Source of the DNA: Octopus vulgaris
Taxonomy: Eukaryota
Reading direction: 5' to 3'
Assembly: GCA_951406725.2 (NCBI GenBank)
Contig: OX597816.1
Location: forward strand, 156,550,001-156,614,000
DNA: 64,000 nt
Positions 27,061-40,869 of this stretch are shown in pieces. The notes below the pieces were generated by a model. The model made no database searches, was not told the origin of the DNA, and worked only from the letters and a program-made list of their open reading frames with translations. Within the stretch, counting starts at the first letter, position 1; the number at the start of each line of letters is the position of its first letter. A program made the position numbers and the translations under genes.

Positions 27061-27842
27061 TCCGGTTCTTATATTCTGAGCCTGCATATACTCATGGAAT
27101 ACCATAGCTAATCCTAAGTGCCATATTTGTTAGGCGAAGAAAGTCTCCATACTCCTCCTGTTTAGAAATGGAGTAAAAACTAAGAATGAGCTACTACACC
27201 CTTATATGCACGAAAGCAAATATTGAATTAGGGATTATAAAGAAGATACAGCTTAATGAAATTCCACCATTACCATAAATGGCGTGAAAGTTAATTATGA
27301 AACCCCATAAACAAACTACAATCGGTATAACCAAAAGCACACAAAAATATTGATGGTCTATAATAAAACACATCTCGAATAACTTCAAAATACTAAATTC
27401 ATTTGGACAAACTTTATTCATTCAACTTAGTTAACTACAAATCACCTGTAACATGACAAAACTTCCCTTGTAAGTATATGACCGATCATTTTAAAATCTA
27501 TCATTGAATTTATATTTAAAGCAAAAGTAATTGTATCCCATAATTTTTTATTCTTTATGCCTATACACACGTTCATATTACAACAGCTCAAAATCTTAAT
27601 TACATAACATCTCAATTTCTCAATATATTTTCACTCTTTACCATTCATTTATTCCCCAAAGACATATTAATAGTATCATAAATTTCACAAATTAATAATC
27701 TTTGCAACCATATATATCTCCATAGCCAATTTTATAACTCATCATTCGGATGAAAAATTTTTTTAGAAATACATATTTACTACTACATTACTTTGTGAAA
27801 GAACTACTCAAATGACGTTCAATAATCTGTGCATTTCTAGTT

Positions 27843-27990
27843 GCAGGCGTACCTGTGTGAGTGAAAAGCTCACTTTATAACCACGTGATTTTGGGTCCGT
27901 TCTTATTGTGGATAACCTTGGGCAAGTATCTTCGATTATAGCCTTGTAGTGAATTTCGTCTGGGGAAACTGCGTGGAAGCCCGTCGTTTA
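27843..27990 (+). mobile_element. SINE family B-like head, old
   Basis: GCAGGCGTACCTGTGTGAG...CCTTGGGCAAGTATCTTC...GGAAACTGCGTGGAAGCCCGTCG. Confidence 0.7.
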
Positions 27991-28132
27991 TATATCTTTG
28001 CTATTATGTTAAACTGTCGTATGTCAAAATTTGGCTAAATGCGTTCTTTTCCAATATTTATTTTCGCTTGCAATAGCCAGTTTTTTTTTTTTTTGTCAAA
28101 CTATCGTAACTCCAGCTGCTTCAGAACCAAGA

Positions 28133-28675
<543 letters not shown>

Positions 28676-28679
<4 letters not shown>

Positions 28680-28785
28680 CGCAGGAGTGGGTGTGTGGTA
28701 AGTAGCTTGCTTACCAACCACATGGTTCCGGGTTCAGTCCCACTGCGTGGCATCTTGGACAAGTGGCTTCTGCTATAGTCTCGGG
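28676..28785 (+). mobile_element. SINE family B, 5' head, truncated
   Basis: AGGCGCAGGAGTGGGTGTGTGGTAAGTAGCTTGCTTACCAACCACATGGTTCCGGGTTCAGTCCC. Confidence 0.88.
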
Positions 28786-28888
28786 AGTCAGAGAAAGGCA
28801 GAATGCCACTAAAATTTGAAAACTATACAAATATTCCTTTAAAAAAACTTTTCTTCTAATTTTTCTAAAGTTAATTATTTAATCGTTA

Positions 28889-28926
28889 CAGTTGAAAAGG
28901 TCTCAAAATGACCGAAACCGGTACTG
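28889..28926 (+). ncRNA. Minimal type I hammerhead ribozyme, U3-A8 core (Penelope pLTR-like context, about 28787-28950)
   Basis: cag-TTGAAAA-ggtc-tcaaaat-gacc-GAAA-ccgg-TA-ctg: stem I, core, stem II, palindromic stem III and a GUA triplet. Confidence 0.7.
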
Positions 28927-29011
28927 AAATATTCTTTATAAAATTATTTTAGCATTTTCTATTTTGACTTGTTTTTCATATATATCAACTCGTGTGTTCC
29001 TTTTCACCCTT

Positions 29012-29052
<41 letters not shown>

Positions 29053-29675
29053 GCACATATTTGTGTGTATACGCAAATATATATATATATAGAGAGAAAT
29101 TAATATACTGTGAAAAAATAATAAATAACTCGAAGACAAGGTAAAGAAAGAAACAAAGTGTATTAGCTTTACACTCAGGAGAAATAGAATGAAGTCTTTT
29201 ACGTCTTGAGAATACGCACTTCTACAGACAGCGTAGATAAGTAGAGAAAAGAGGAAGAACGAAATGTGTGTCAATTACATGGTCACTGCATGCTGAAATG
29301 ACAGTAAGTTGTAAAAGGTCACTAGATGCATGAATGCAAAGGAAAACCACGTTGAGGTGTGACTTGAGTCGTTGGACAACTTTGATTTTGGCATGCGTGT
29401 GAAGACAAGCATGTTTGTGTAGGGAGCTAATGTCTGCCGGTATACTCTGTTCGTTTGTGCGTGTGTATATATGTGTATGTGTGTGCGTGTGTGTTGTGCA
29501 TGTATATGAGTGATTGCGCTGCTTTCTGTTTGTACATGCACGTACGAGGATGTTATGTGTGTCACAGTGAATAGTGGAAGAGAGGTAACAAAAGTAGTAA
29601 GTACTGGAAGTGTAGATGTGTTATTATATAAATATATAAATACACACACACACAGCACCCACGTACTACAATCAT

Positions 29676-29795
29676 ATCACTGTACTGATCAGCCTATCGG
29701 CTGTTATTATGCAACGCTAGTTTCACTGCGTTCTACCTTATTATGGTAACTTTCAAATGATGCCACCCCACTGGCTAGGTGGGCTGGCGAACATT
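29676..29795 (-). mobile_element. Old SINE family C-like 3' tail
   Basis: Diverged match to 57727-57840 (TGATGCCACCCCACTGGCTAGG vs TAACGCCACCCCGCTGGCTAAG). Confidence 0.55.
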
Positions 29796-29838
29796 ATATC
29801 TGGACCTATATATGAATATATACCTCTCTGTATGTATA

Positions 29839-31121
29839 CAGAGTGTCTCAGAAAGATTTACCCATGTTTAAAACGTTTCTTAAAACATATCGGTTATGGT
29901 AATATTATCTAGATTTTACATAAAAATTTGCATATTTCTTTTGTTCATGTGTCTATTGTTTCGTTCGTCTATAACAGATTTGTAAACAAACATGGCGTCG
30001 AAAGCGGAACGTGACCAGATCGTCGCTTTGAAAACAGTTAGAGTGAGGAACAAGGGAATAAAAAAAGAAAGACTATTGAATGTGCGTCGTAAAACAGTGT
30101 TCAATATCTAGCAACGGTTGTACGGAGTCTGCTACTACCTCTAGCAAGCTCATTCCTGATAGGAAACAGTAAACTCGTACCAAATTGTACTGCTGAAGCT
30201 GTGAAGAAGCGAATGAACTGAAATTCTTGCAGGAGTGCAAGAAAAACTGCAAAAACTCTTGATATTTCAAAATTGTCAACGCACAGAATTTTTAAATAGG
30301 ACGTAAAGCTAACTGCATACAATATGTAATCTAGGTAGTTAATTCCAGCAGCTTCCAAGAAGAAGCGGCTCGACGGGGATAATACCATGTTAGGTGAGAT
30401 GAAGCGCACCGCTAACAAAATGTTGATTTCGTCCGACGAGAAGATCTTCACCATGGAGGCAGTTACCAACCGACAGAATGACCGGATTTATGTACGTGAT
30501 GCAGGAGACTTGCCCGAAGTTAGTAAGAATAATTTACGTCATCAGTAGCCAGCTTCAATCATGGTGCAGGCTGAATTTGCATTTGATGTGTCCATGTATG
30601 CCTTGATCTTCATAGATTCTAGCATCAAGATCAACGATGAAGTTTATGTGGAAATGTTCGATGAGAAAGTGTTGCCCTGGGTCACAGAATTATTTAGCGA
30701 GCGTTACATCTTCACTCAAAACCGAGCTCCGACCCACACATCCAATTTGACACAGAGGTGGTGCAAAGAGTATTTCAATGGTGTCTGGGACAAGACGATA
30801 TGGCCTCTCTCAAGTCCAGACATCAATCCTATGAACTTTGTTATCTGTTCCATCTTAGAGACTAATGCTCGCACCTATTTAAATGTGTCATATCTTAAGA
30901 AAGCCCTTCTGTCTTCGTGGGTCAAATTGGATGAAGAGGTGGTATAGTGCTCATGCAACACAGTCACCACTCGTTGGAAGGCTATGATCAAGGGAAAAGT
31001 AATTACTGCAATGGATTGACAATTTACATTTGAACGTGTGTACCAAATTCCATTATCCTACTGTAAGCTTCTTTTGAATAATTAAGAAATATGAGTGGGT
31101 AAATCTTTCTGAGACACTCTG
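29839..31121 (+). mobile_element. Full-length but defective Tc1/mariner element, DD37D (maT) family
   Basis: 26-bp perfect TIRs CAGAGTGTCTCAGAAAGATTTACCCA at 29839-29864 and 31096-31121, with TA on the left and TG on the right. The transposase starts at ATG 29992 and has SSDEKIFT...NRQNDRIY and FTQNRAPTH...WPLSSPDINPMN (37 residues between the second and third catalytic positions). It has internal stops. Confidence 0.93.
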
Positions 31122-31498
31122 TGTATATGTGTATATCTGTGCGTAGATCTTTGTAGAATACAAACAAAGTATTTGTTATGGACTGTCTTTGAGAGAACTC
31201 CGTAATAAAATATTGGCAGCGTTATCTGTAGAAAAAGTTGATATATGATTTTAAAAATATACTCTACTCATCTAGAAACCGGTACCAGGGCAACTCAAAT
31301 ACGTATATATTGCAAATAACAATAGCAACTCGTCTGTAAAGTTAGTGCAGCGATGAACGTTTTAGAGATGAAACTGTCAGTCATCACTAAACTTGCAACC
31401 TTTTGACTGTACATAAGATATACCCATTTGACAAGATATATTGAATCTTCTATTTCTCTGTAAAACTTGTTGGTAACGGCATTGAGTATTTTGTCTGC

Positions 31499-31501
<3 letters not shown>

Positions 31502-31584
<83 letters not shown>

Positions 31585-31635
31585 CGTATGTATGTTTGTA
31601 AGTGTGTATGTATGTATCTTTGTGTGTATGATTAC

Positions 31636-31705
<70 letters not shown>
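31502..31705. repeat. (TA)n(GA)n compound microsatellite
   Basis: Directly visible. Confidence 0.95.
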
Positions 31706-31852
31706 TTATAACACTCGCACAAATAAACACACACGTCAATTGTGATGTGTTTTTTAAAAGTTATTATCACAGTGAAGTGATTTCAGTCTGAATAATACTT
31801 TAAGAAGCTGTCTGAGAGTTCTACCCATGTAAAACTTGAATCACCTGTTTAA

Positions 31853-31995
31853 TATCATCATCACCATCGTCGTCGTTCTCATCGTCGTCATCACCATCTA
31901 CCCCTTCCTTTTCATCCTCACCGTCATCATCATCATCTTCAGCATCGTCGTCCTCATCACCATCATCATGATCATCATCATCATGATCATCATCT
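31853..31995. repeat. Degenerate (CAT)/(CGT)n microsatellite
   Basis: Directly visible. Confidence 0.9.
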
Positions 31996-32293
31996 TTGTT
32001 GTTGATAGTAATTACATGTCATTTTTGTCTGGCGTTTTGATATATGTACTATATACTCTCAAATATTCAATGAATTTATTTTGCTGAATATTGCTGAAAT
32101 TCGCATATCACCTGCTCTGCGAATATGAAAAGGAAATCGCTTCTTTTGTTATTCACTTGTATTTTCATATCTACATAGAATACAATCTTAAAGTCTCTCT
32201 TATTTGTGTTATTGTTTTTAATTACGTTCATAAGTTTGAGCATCTTTATGAGAAAAAGCATTACCGATGAGCCTAACTCGTCTTTATTATATC

Positions 32294-32877
32294 TAATAAT
32301 CCTTTCTATTTTAGGTACAAGGCCTGGAATTTGTGGAGTCAGGGGCAGTCTATCACATTGTACTCAGTACTTAACTGGTACTTAATTTATCAACGTCGAA
32401 ATGATGAAAGGGAAAGTCGGCCTCGGTCGAATTTGAACTCACAACATAACGGAAATTGAAATACCTATTTCTTTACTAACCACAAGAGGTTTAACACATG
32501 GGGACGAACAAGGACAGACAAACGGATTAAGTCGATTATATCGACCCCAGTGCGTAACTGGTACTTATTTAATCGACCCCGAAAGGATGAAAGGCAAAGT
32601 TGAAGTCGGCGGAATTTGAACTCAGAACGGAGCGGCAGACGAAATTCCTATTTCTTTACTAACCACAAAGGGCTAATTACAGAGAGGACAAACAAGGACA
32701 TACAAGCGGATTAAGCCGATCATATCGACCCCAGTGCGTAACTGGTACTTACTTAATCGACCCCGAAAGGATGAAAGGCAAAGTCGAGCTCGGCGGAATT
32801 TGAACTCAGAACGTAACGGCAGACGAAATACCGCTAAGCATCTCGTTCGGCGTGCTAACGATTCTGCCAGCTCGCCG
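32294..32877 (-). mobile_element. SINE family A, trimeric array
   Basis: Three successive GATGAAAGG(C/G)AAAGT core units at about 185-bp spacing, with a single head at 32877. Confidence 0.9.
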
Positions 32878-32894
32878 TAATAAAGGCAGTAATA

Positions 32895-33105
32895 AAGGCA
32901 GCGAGCTGACAGAATCGATAGACGCCGGACAAAACGTTTAGCGGCATTTCGTCCGGCTTTACATTCTGAGTTCAAATTCCACCAAGGATGCATTTGCTCT
33001 CATCCTTTCGGGGTGGGTAAATAAGTTCAGGATAAGCACAGGGGTGAATGTAATAGACTTACATCCTCCCCTGAACTTACCGTTTACCAAGATTTGAAAC
33101 AATTA
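32895..33105 (+). mobile_element. SINE family A variant, head-to-head with the previous element
   Basis: AAGGCAGCGAGCTGACAGAATCG...CATCCTTTCGGGGTGGGTAAATAAG, preceded by a 12-bp tandem TAATAAAGGCAG. Confidence 0.8.
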
Positions 33106-34473
33106 TATCTATTACCGCATTCTGCGTATTATTTCATTTATTAAGGAAGCATCTTGTGATTATATGAGATTTCGCTGGAATGGCTAAAATACTGAGGAGC
33201 CGGATATGTTTATTTATTTTCATATTTGACTTATACATCTATATTAAACTAAATAAGTCACTTGATTTAAGGCTATCTTTTGGAATCTAATTTGCACAAA
33301 GTTTTAAACCAGTTCTTTCATCAGAAGATAACCCACGTGCTATGATTACGACCATCTTTCTCCTTCTGTGTTCATAATCCTAAAATCATAGCCGCTCCTG
33401 CTCATTCTCTGAACAAACTACAATACTGAAGGTATGTGTTGCGGAATATAATTTTACTTTTTCAGAAAAATGTAATCGTTTGAGATGAAAAATCGGTAGA
33501 CTCCAAATGGATAAAAGCATTGTCAACCAAGATTTAAAAAAATGATTGTACACAAGACAGAACAAGTAACACTAGTAAACTAAAATACCATTAAGATAAG
33601 AATAAACAAATTATCGGGAAATAGAAATATTCTATGATATTATTCTTGTAGTCATGATATTTGCTCGTAAGTTACTCTGAACAATGGAAAAATAATCGAA
33701 GACATTCAAACTCTTTAACAGAGTGAAATACGTAGGAGTTTTAAGCTTTCAACAACCTCGGCTAGAGAAACAATATGATTACCTAAACGAAATAATTAAA
33801 ATAAGGACAAAATGTTTTGGAGATCTATGAATTTATACTTCAAAATAATTACAAGAACATCTATAAAATTTAAAATATAATATTCAGAGGTCCCGTTAAT
33901 TTTTTAAATAGATTCATTATTTTCACACGCGAGAATGGAGCGTTTGAATTATTAAACTTTTAGATTTGTGTTTCAAAATATACCAATTTTAATGTGTAAC
34001 CGAATATAATATTTACGTCCATTAGGGATGTTCTCATCACTACATCATTAAGTGCGATGATGTCTATGTTTCGCTGAAGAGGTTTGATACTATTAAAACA
34101 TATTCAGAGTTGTCTTCTGTACTAGCATGTGTTTAATGTTAGTCATTCAATTAAGGGTCTCTTTTCCTCATGGCGCGAATATCGCTAACTTGAAACCTCT
34201 CAACGCTATAATACCTATTGATTTTCATGTGAAAGGCGTCTCTACGAATTAACCAAAATGAATTACTGTTTGCTTTATTCAATAAGAAGCAATTATTATC
34301 AAGATCTAGTTGCTGCTTAAACCTTTACCAATTTTTATCTACCAGACATATGTTACTTTGTTTATCAGCTGCTTCACTATTTGTGATTTACAATTTTATT
34401 TCTCTAGATACACTATGTATACCAAGGGGAGTCGCACGAATACTCGAAACTTATTTCATTAGCGTCGTTGTGA

Positions 34474-34700
<227 letters not shown>

Positions 34701-35008
34701 ACCTCCTACACCTTTTGTTTTAGACTATAGACTATACGATAAGCGATAAAACGTTCGCTTTGCAATCATGTGGCTGAGTCCCACTGTGCAGCACCTTGAG
34801 CAAGTGTTGACGTCTCTAACCTCGGATCAAAATGACATGTGGGTGCATTTTGGAGATGGAAACTGGCCAGATTGGAGCAATCTCGAGTATAACCAGCCGA
34901 AATTGCAAAGATAATCTGGAACTCGACTGAGGAACGTAAACTCCTAAAAACCGGACATTGTTTTCTTTGTATCGTCTATCTGGATGTTTTGTTGTCTTTA
35001 TCATGATA

Positions 35009-35174
35009 AGAGTGGCTGTGTGGTAAGTAGCTTGCTTACGAACTACATTGTTCCGGGTTCAGTCCCACTGTGTGGCACCTTGGGCAAGTGTCTTCTACTA
35101 TAGCCTCGGGCCAACCAAATCCCTATAAGAGGATTTGGTAGACGAAAACTAAAAGAAGCTCGTCATATATATGC

Positions 35175-35234
<60 letters not shown>

Positions 35235-35441
35235 ATGTTTGTGTGTCTGTCTTTGTCCCCCCAACATCGCTTGACAACCGATGCTGGTGTGTTTACGTCC
35301 CCGTAACTTAGCGGTTCGGCAAAAGATACCGATAGAATAAGTACTAGGCTTACAAAGAATAAGTCCTGTGGTTGATTTGCTCGACTAAACGCAGGGCTCC
35401 AGCATGGCTGCAGTCACATGACCGAAAGAAGTAAAAGAGTA
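35009..35441 (+). mobile_element. SINE family B, full length, with internal (TG)n
   Basis: AGTGGCTGTGTGGTAAGTAGC...GGCACCTTGGGCAAGTGTCTTC...CGTAACTTAGCGGTTCGGC...AAGTAAAAGAGT. Confidence 0.93.
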
Positions 35442-37594
35442 TTGCCATTAGCATCAACATTACCCTATGCATAAAAGCGTTGACTTCGAAATACACAAAA
35501 TCCTAGACAAAATACGTTATGTAATTCCACATGCCTTTCTGTACTTACAACTATTTAGCACTGAGACCTTTCATCTTCTTCCATTCAATATAATAAGTAC
35601 CAACACTGTATTACAGTCGGTATAAATAGCTGTTCCTTCTTATAATGTGTCGTCTTGCTACGCTTGACACCATATACTTTTATTATTATGTAAGACAGGC
35701 AATGGATTGTGGTGAAACTGGAGAACGTCGGACTAATTGCCTAACACTATTTACTTTCATTCTTCTCCGTAATAAATTTGCTTTAGATCGATATTGTAAG
35801 TTCCCTCTTGTACTGATGTGTATTAGATCGATCGACTGTACGCTTTATGCTATAATTTATTGCTCACATGCTGTTGTGAGAATTCAGTATTTTATGTTTT
35901 GGCGTTATTTAATATAAAAGCATCACTAGTTATTTCAGACTTTGTCAAGAATGCATAAAGAAACTTTAATAATTTTAAGAATGGTATTTTCCAACGTAAG
36001 TATATAACAAAATATATTACACATAAAAGATCAACCAAATAAATAATACAGAAGAATAAGGGAATAGAAAATAAAAACAAAATATACAAAAAGTATGTCA
36101 GCCTATAGGAAAATAAATACTTGAATGAGTTTCAGTTTATTGCATGCAACTCATAACGCAATATTTTAATATCATACCAATATTCCAAGCAAATTATACA
36201 CAGAAGAAATAAGAATCGTGCAAATGAAGTGATTTGTCAAATGTGTGCAAACATATTTATTAATACTTCAATGGTTAATTTTTCAAAGGAAAATTAATAA
36301 TAAACACATTTTAAGAGAAAATTTGGTATGGATATTCTGCCAATGGTTTTCCTGTTGATTAAATATTACAAGCAGGAGGCATTGATCTAATTCAAACAAC
36401 TCACATGTTTGTGTAAGTTTAATAACATTGGTTCAAAAATATTATTATGTGAAATTAAGCCAGTGGAGTCGTAGATTCGATAGAGTGCTAAACGTCATAT
36501 TTTCGCTTTGTGTGCTTTCTCTAGACGCGACTTATAATTTTCTTCTACCGAAAACAGGAAAATAATAACCAAGCATGCGATAACATTTATGTATCCGATC
36601 ATGTACCCTCCCAAGAATTTTGAGACATTGTAACACCAATGCCGGGAGTCCTTATTTTTACGTAATTATCTGTATTAGAGTCTAGGAAGCTTCGGTCTTA
36701 ATCTATTTCTCAATTTACATTCATCCCTGTGTTCTGTTTTCAAGTCACGCCTCGATCAGCTTTTCATTTCGTATGCTTGGTAGCATTACACTCAATGGTA
36801 TCACTACTTTGCAAATAGTAGCAACATTTGTGCCAATAATCTTGGATTATACCTTAATTCTAATTCTGTTCGCCGCTAAAAAAGGGTAATCGTCATATTG
36901 TTTTGATGGCTAGAACTCAGCAGATTAATAGTGTTGATGTGTAACTTGAAGATTTCCTAAGTTCCCGATTGTATGAAAAAACAAATGTAGGAAGTAAGAA
37001 TTAAACAGAAATGGTCAGTCGGCACCTGAGGGGATAAGAAAAAGTATTCATGCCGCGATGCGTGAGAAAGATGGGCCTCGACTAAAATAGTATGTAATGA
37101 AGCGAAATAGTCATGGAGTGTATTTTATAGAGAGTTGATTAATATGGATCTGGATGGAGGTAGTACTCTGCAAGCTATCATAGAAGAGCGCATGTTATAA
37201 TAGTAAACACGAAGACGAATGCGATTATAAAGGGTTGTTGAGTGACTCTGCACTATTCTGTCGGACAGACTTCGTTTGAAATGTTCTAGGATATTTGTGT
37301 GAGTAAAATGACATATGTTTCTCTTATTATTACTTCGGTTCTGTTTTTTGGAAATTTGAAGTTTAAACTTAATGAGAATATGTCTGCTTTATACAAATAC
37401 AATTTTTATGGTTGAGCAAGCAATTCCAGAGAGGTATCATCTCATTAGCCGACCTCGAAAGAATAATGACCTTGCAAATTGCTTTAGTTGTAATACGAGT
37501 TGTTACAGACAACCTTATGAAATATTTTTGCTCTTCTATTTGTGACTCACCTGAACACCGAGGATGTGACAGCAGGAAGAAGAAAGCGCTGCAT

Positions 37595-37713
37595 CGACAT
37601 TAATCTAGTCATTAGTGCCTTCTTCAAGAGCACAACACTCGTCGCCAGGCCTCAGAAACAAACCTACAACATTTTGGTCGTGAATCCAATATGTTTACCA
37701 CTAGGCCACACAC
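37595..37713 (-). mobile_element. Old tRNA-derived SINE head
   Basis: Minus strand GTGTGGCCTAGTGGTAAAC (A box)...GTTGTGCTCTTGAAGAAGGCACT. Confidence 0.55.
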
Positions 37714-38929
37714 TTTTACGCATGTGCCTCCCTTCTACACAATGATCGGTTTGCCAAACCACTTACCCTCAGGTGTTTTATATCATTATCTCTAACCATT
37801 CAGTAAAATGCGGACATAATGCAGAATGCATTAGTGACGGTGCAACCGTTTCTGTTCTGTAGGGAATTTATGGCGGATTTGTGCCCACATTAGAGAGCGA
37901 AGGCGAGTGGCTTACTGGTGTTATTTTTTATTATATGTGCTTTAAACAGTGAAGTAAAATCTTCAGGACCTTTATTATCAGCTCCTAATTTCCATTACAT
38001 CACATCTCAGTGATTTTATCTTCCAACTAAAAGTGAAATTATTAAATTTGATTTACACTCTGATATCAAGAATTTACAGAGAACTATCTATACAGCTACT
38101 TAGGAGAAATTGACAATGGTAATACGCAACAATGAAATGTGAATAATTTTAAATGTTGCTGAAGAATAAGAATTGTACTTTAAAAAAAACTAATCTTAAC
38201 ACTAAAGATATGGTAATAGATACACACACAAAATAACCCTTCAAGAGATATAAAACATCTTCAAGAAAGTCAATGTGTAAAGTAAACAAAACAAAAACTA
38301 GGAAGCTCTTAAAATTCTAAAACCACTAACGCAAATCTGATGGAGATAGTAGAAATATTTTTAAATGGGAATAAGAAAGATACGGAGGATTGAAAGTAAA
38401 ACTGAAGATACAATTAAGCCGTTAAGAATGGTGCAAAATATATAAGTGCAGAAATTGAAAGAACGCCATTCAGAGCTAACAATACTATACACAGATCGAA
38501 AATAGCTCTACCAGATCCAAAAAATAACGACGCCACATTTTTGTTTTGTTAATTATGCACTCAACACAAACTCTATTCGATGAAAAACTAATAATGTAAC
38601 ACAGGCCTCATTATACATACTCCACGCACCAATCAGCAAATAAAATAACAAAATACATACAATTGCAAAGCTATACTCGAAACTATAACACATCTCATAT
38701 TTTATAGTTTTACTCAAATAATATAACACAAGAACAACCTATTCAACCCAAGCAGAATTAATTGTGTTCAAATCATTTAGCACTATAAAAAACACGAAAC
38801 ACACACACACACACACATACACACACACATACACACACACACAAACACACACACACAAACACACACACACACACGCACACACATCACACACACACACGCA
38901 CAAATTTAGTAACACACACCCATGTATAT

Positions 38930-39285
38930 AAAGGAGTAATTTCAACCGTGTTTCGCGGTCTGCTACAACATCTCCTTTATAGGATCCAGTTAGCTGAAGA
39001 CATCTACAGGAGGAACCACGTCCGGTTTCGGCCCCTACTCCTCTACCGTTTTGACGTGACGCCCCTCCCCTTTTCTGAGGTGTCTTCAGCTCTAAATGCT
39101 TACATACATATACAGATACATTTGTATATAGGAGTTATTCATTGGGGGTTATCCAAACTTATTGTGTTAAAATGCGCCATCTCCTTAGTTTTTCTGCAGT
39201 TTGGTGTGAATTAAAACTTTTCCACCGCTTGCTTTGTTTTTTATATGTTTTATTTTTTGTTTTTTCGTGACTTCAATAAATTTCC
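38930..39285. mobile_element. Possible Penelope-like pLTR fragment with hammerhead-like cores
   Basis: Inverted pair AGCTGAAGACATC (38991) and GGTGTCTTCAGCT (39079), plus GTTTCG motifs at about 38950 and 39025. GC-richer island. Confidence 0.35.
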
Positions 39286-39324
39286 TTTGTGGGGAAATAT
39301 ACTCTTTTGTCAACAGTAACATGC

Positions 39325-39495
39325 GTGGAGGCGCAAAGGCCCAGTCGTAAGAAAGCGGTTTCTATTCCCAGACCGGGCATTGGGAGTGTTTATCGAGCAA
39401 AAACACCTAAGCTCCACGAGACTCCAGCAGGAGGGGGTGGCGAACCCCGCTGTACTCTTTCACCACAACTTTCTCTCGCTCTTTCTTCCTACTTC
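39325..39495 (+). mobile_element. SINE family C, 5' part
   Basis: GTGGAGGCGCAAAGGCCCAG...ATTCCCAGACCGGGC...GCTGTACTCTTTCACCAC. Matches the reverse complement of 57727-58022. Confidence 0.85.
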
Positions 39496-40339
39496 TACCA
39501 CAAAGAAGAGGTACCATGGTGTAACCACACTATGGTGTGGTAAACTTTCAGATCCTAGTCTAGGTTGCGAATCCTCTGTACCCCAGGATTGTTCAGCTCT
39601 CCACCCGTTAAAAGCCACCGTTTATGGAATGAGGATAACAACGTAGCTTCGCGCCCGTGCAACCGCCACTCAATCGCGTGTGGTGGGTGGTTCTTCAGGT
39701 TGCCACACGCATTCTTAGTAGCTTAGAGTAGGCTCGAATTAGAGATTATTCTTTGTGGCTAATAGCGTGAGTCCTGATTGGAAGAAGAAGACAGCAACAT
39801 ACCTCACAACCCATATCTAAATAAATAAAACATTTTATTTTATATGTTAGTAAAGTAATTGTTAATGGAACTCTTGGCATCAACATCGTACATGTATGTA
39901 ATGCTAACGGTATTATTGTTGACGAAACTTTTCTTTATATTACAAAGGCAGCTTATTAGTATGGCAATTTGCACTTCTTTCTTCTAGTAAATTCATGATG
40001 GTTTCATTTGCAAGTTTTGGTCTGTTTATCATCGCTTTATTTTGCGTCTATCCTTTTAATTTCGCTTTCGTGTATTCGAAAATTATTTCCTCTTATTCTT
40101 TTCAGCAGAACATCCAATAACATATCCTATTTTGTTAATTTTTCTCTCCAGCTTCTCCCTGCATGCATTGTAAACACCAAAGAAATGAATCGAGGAAATA
40201 TCTCTATACTACACACCATATATTTTCTCCACTATTGCCATACATATCTAAAATATTTGAACTCCTTTATTTGGAAAGTTTTGAAATTGAGGAATTTACT
40301 CAAATATTATTTCAAGTTACCGCAAGCGACATCTGATAT

Positions 40340-40866
40340 TTATTATTATTTTTGTTATTGTTTTTATTTTTGTTGTTCTTGCTGTTGTTCTTAATTTTTG
40401 TTGCTGCTGTTATTATTATTATTGTTGTTGTTATTGCCGTTGTTATTGTTGTTATCGTTATTGTTATCATTATTGTTATTGTTATTAGTATTGTTGTTGT
40501 TGTTAATGTTGTTGTTGTTGTTATTATTATTGTTCTTGTTACTATTATTGTTATTATTATTTTTGTTGTTATTCTTATTTTTGTTGTTATTATTATTATT
40601 ATTGTTGTTGTTGTTATTATTATTGTTGTTATTGATATTGTTGTTATCGTTATTGTTATCCTTATTGTTGTTGTAGTTATTATTATCGTTGTTGTTATTG
40701 TTGTTATTATTGTTATTATTATAGTTGTTGTTGTTGTTGTAATCGCTGTTGTTACTATTATTGTTGTTATTCTTATTGTTGTTTTTATTGTTGTTGATAT
40801 TATTACTGTTATTATTGTTGTTGTTGCTGCTGCTGATGTAGTCGTCGTCGTCGTCGTCATCATCAC
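40340..40866. repeat. Mixed (TTG)/(TTA)n trinucleotide tract
   Basis: Directly visible; it is the source of the I/V-, N- and T-rich ORFs. Confidence 0.97.
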
Positions 40867-40869
40867 TAT

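Noticed and set aside
33480-34110. Possible Penelope GIY-YIG and hammerhead remnant (CTGAAGAGG at about 34075); similar traces at about 2690, 42720 and 42985
   Set aside because: Stems and GAAA are not recoverable; too decayed to support.
39497-39792. GC-richer segment ending in (GAA)n, possibly RTE-derived
   Set aside because: No coding motif or second copy in the window to support a call.
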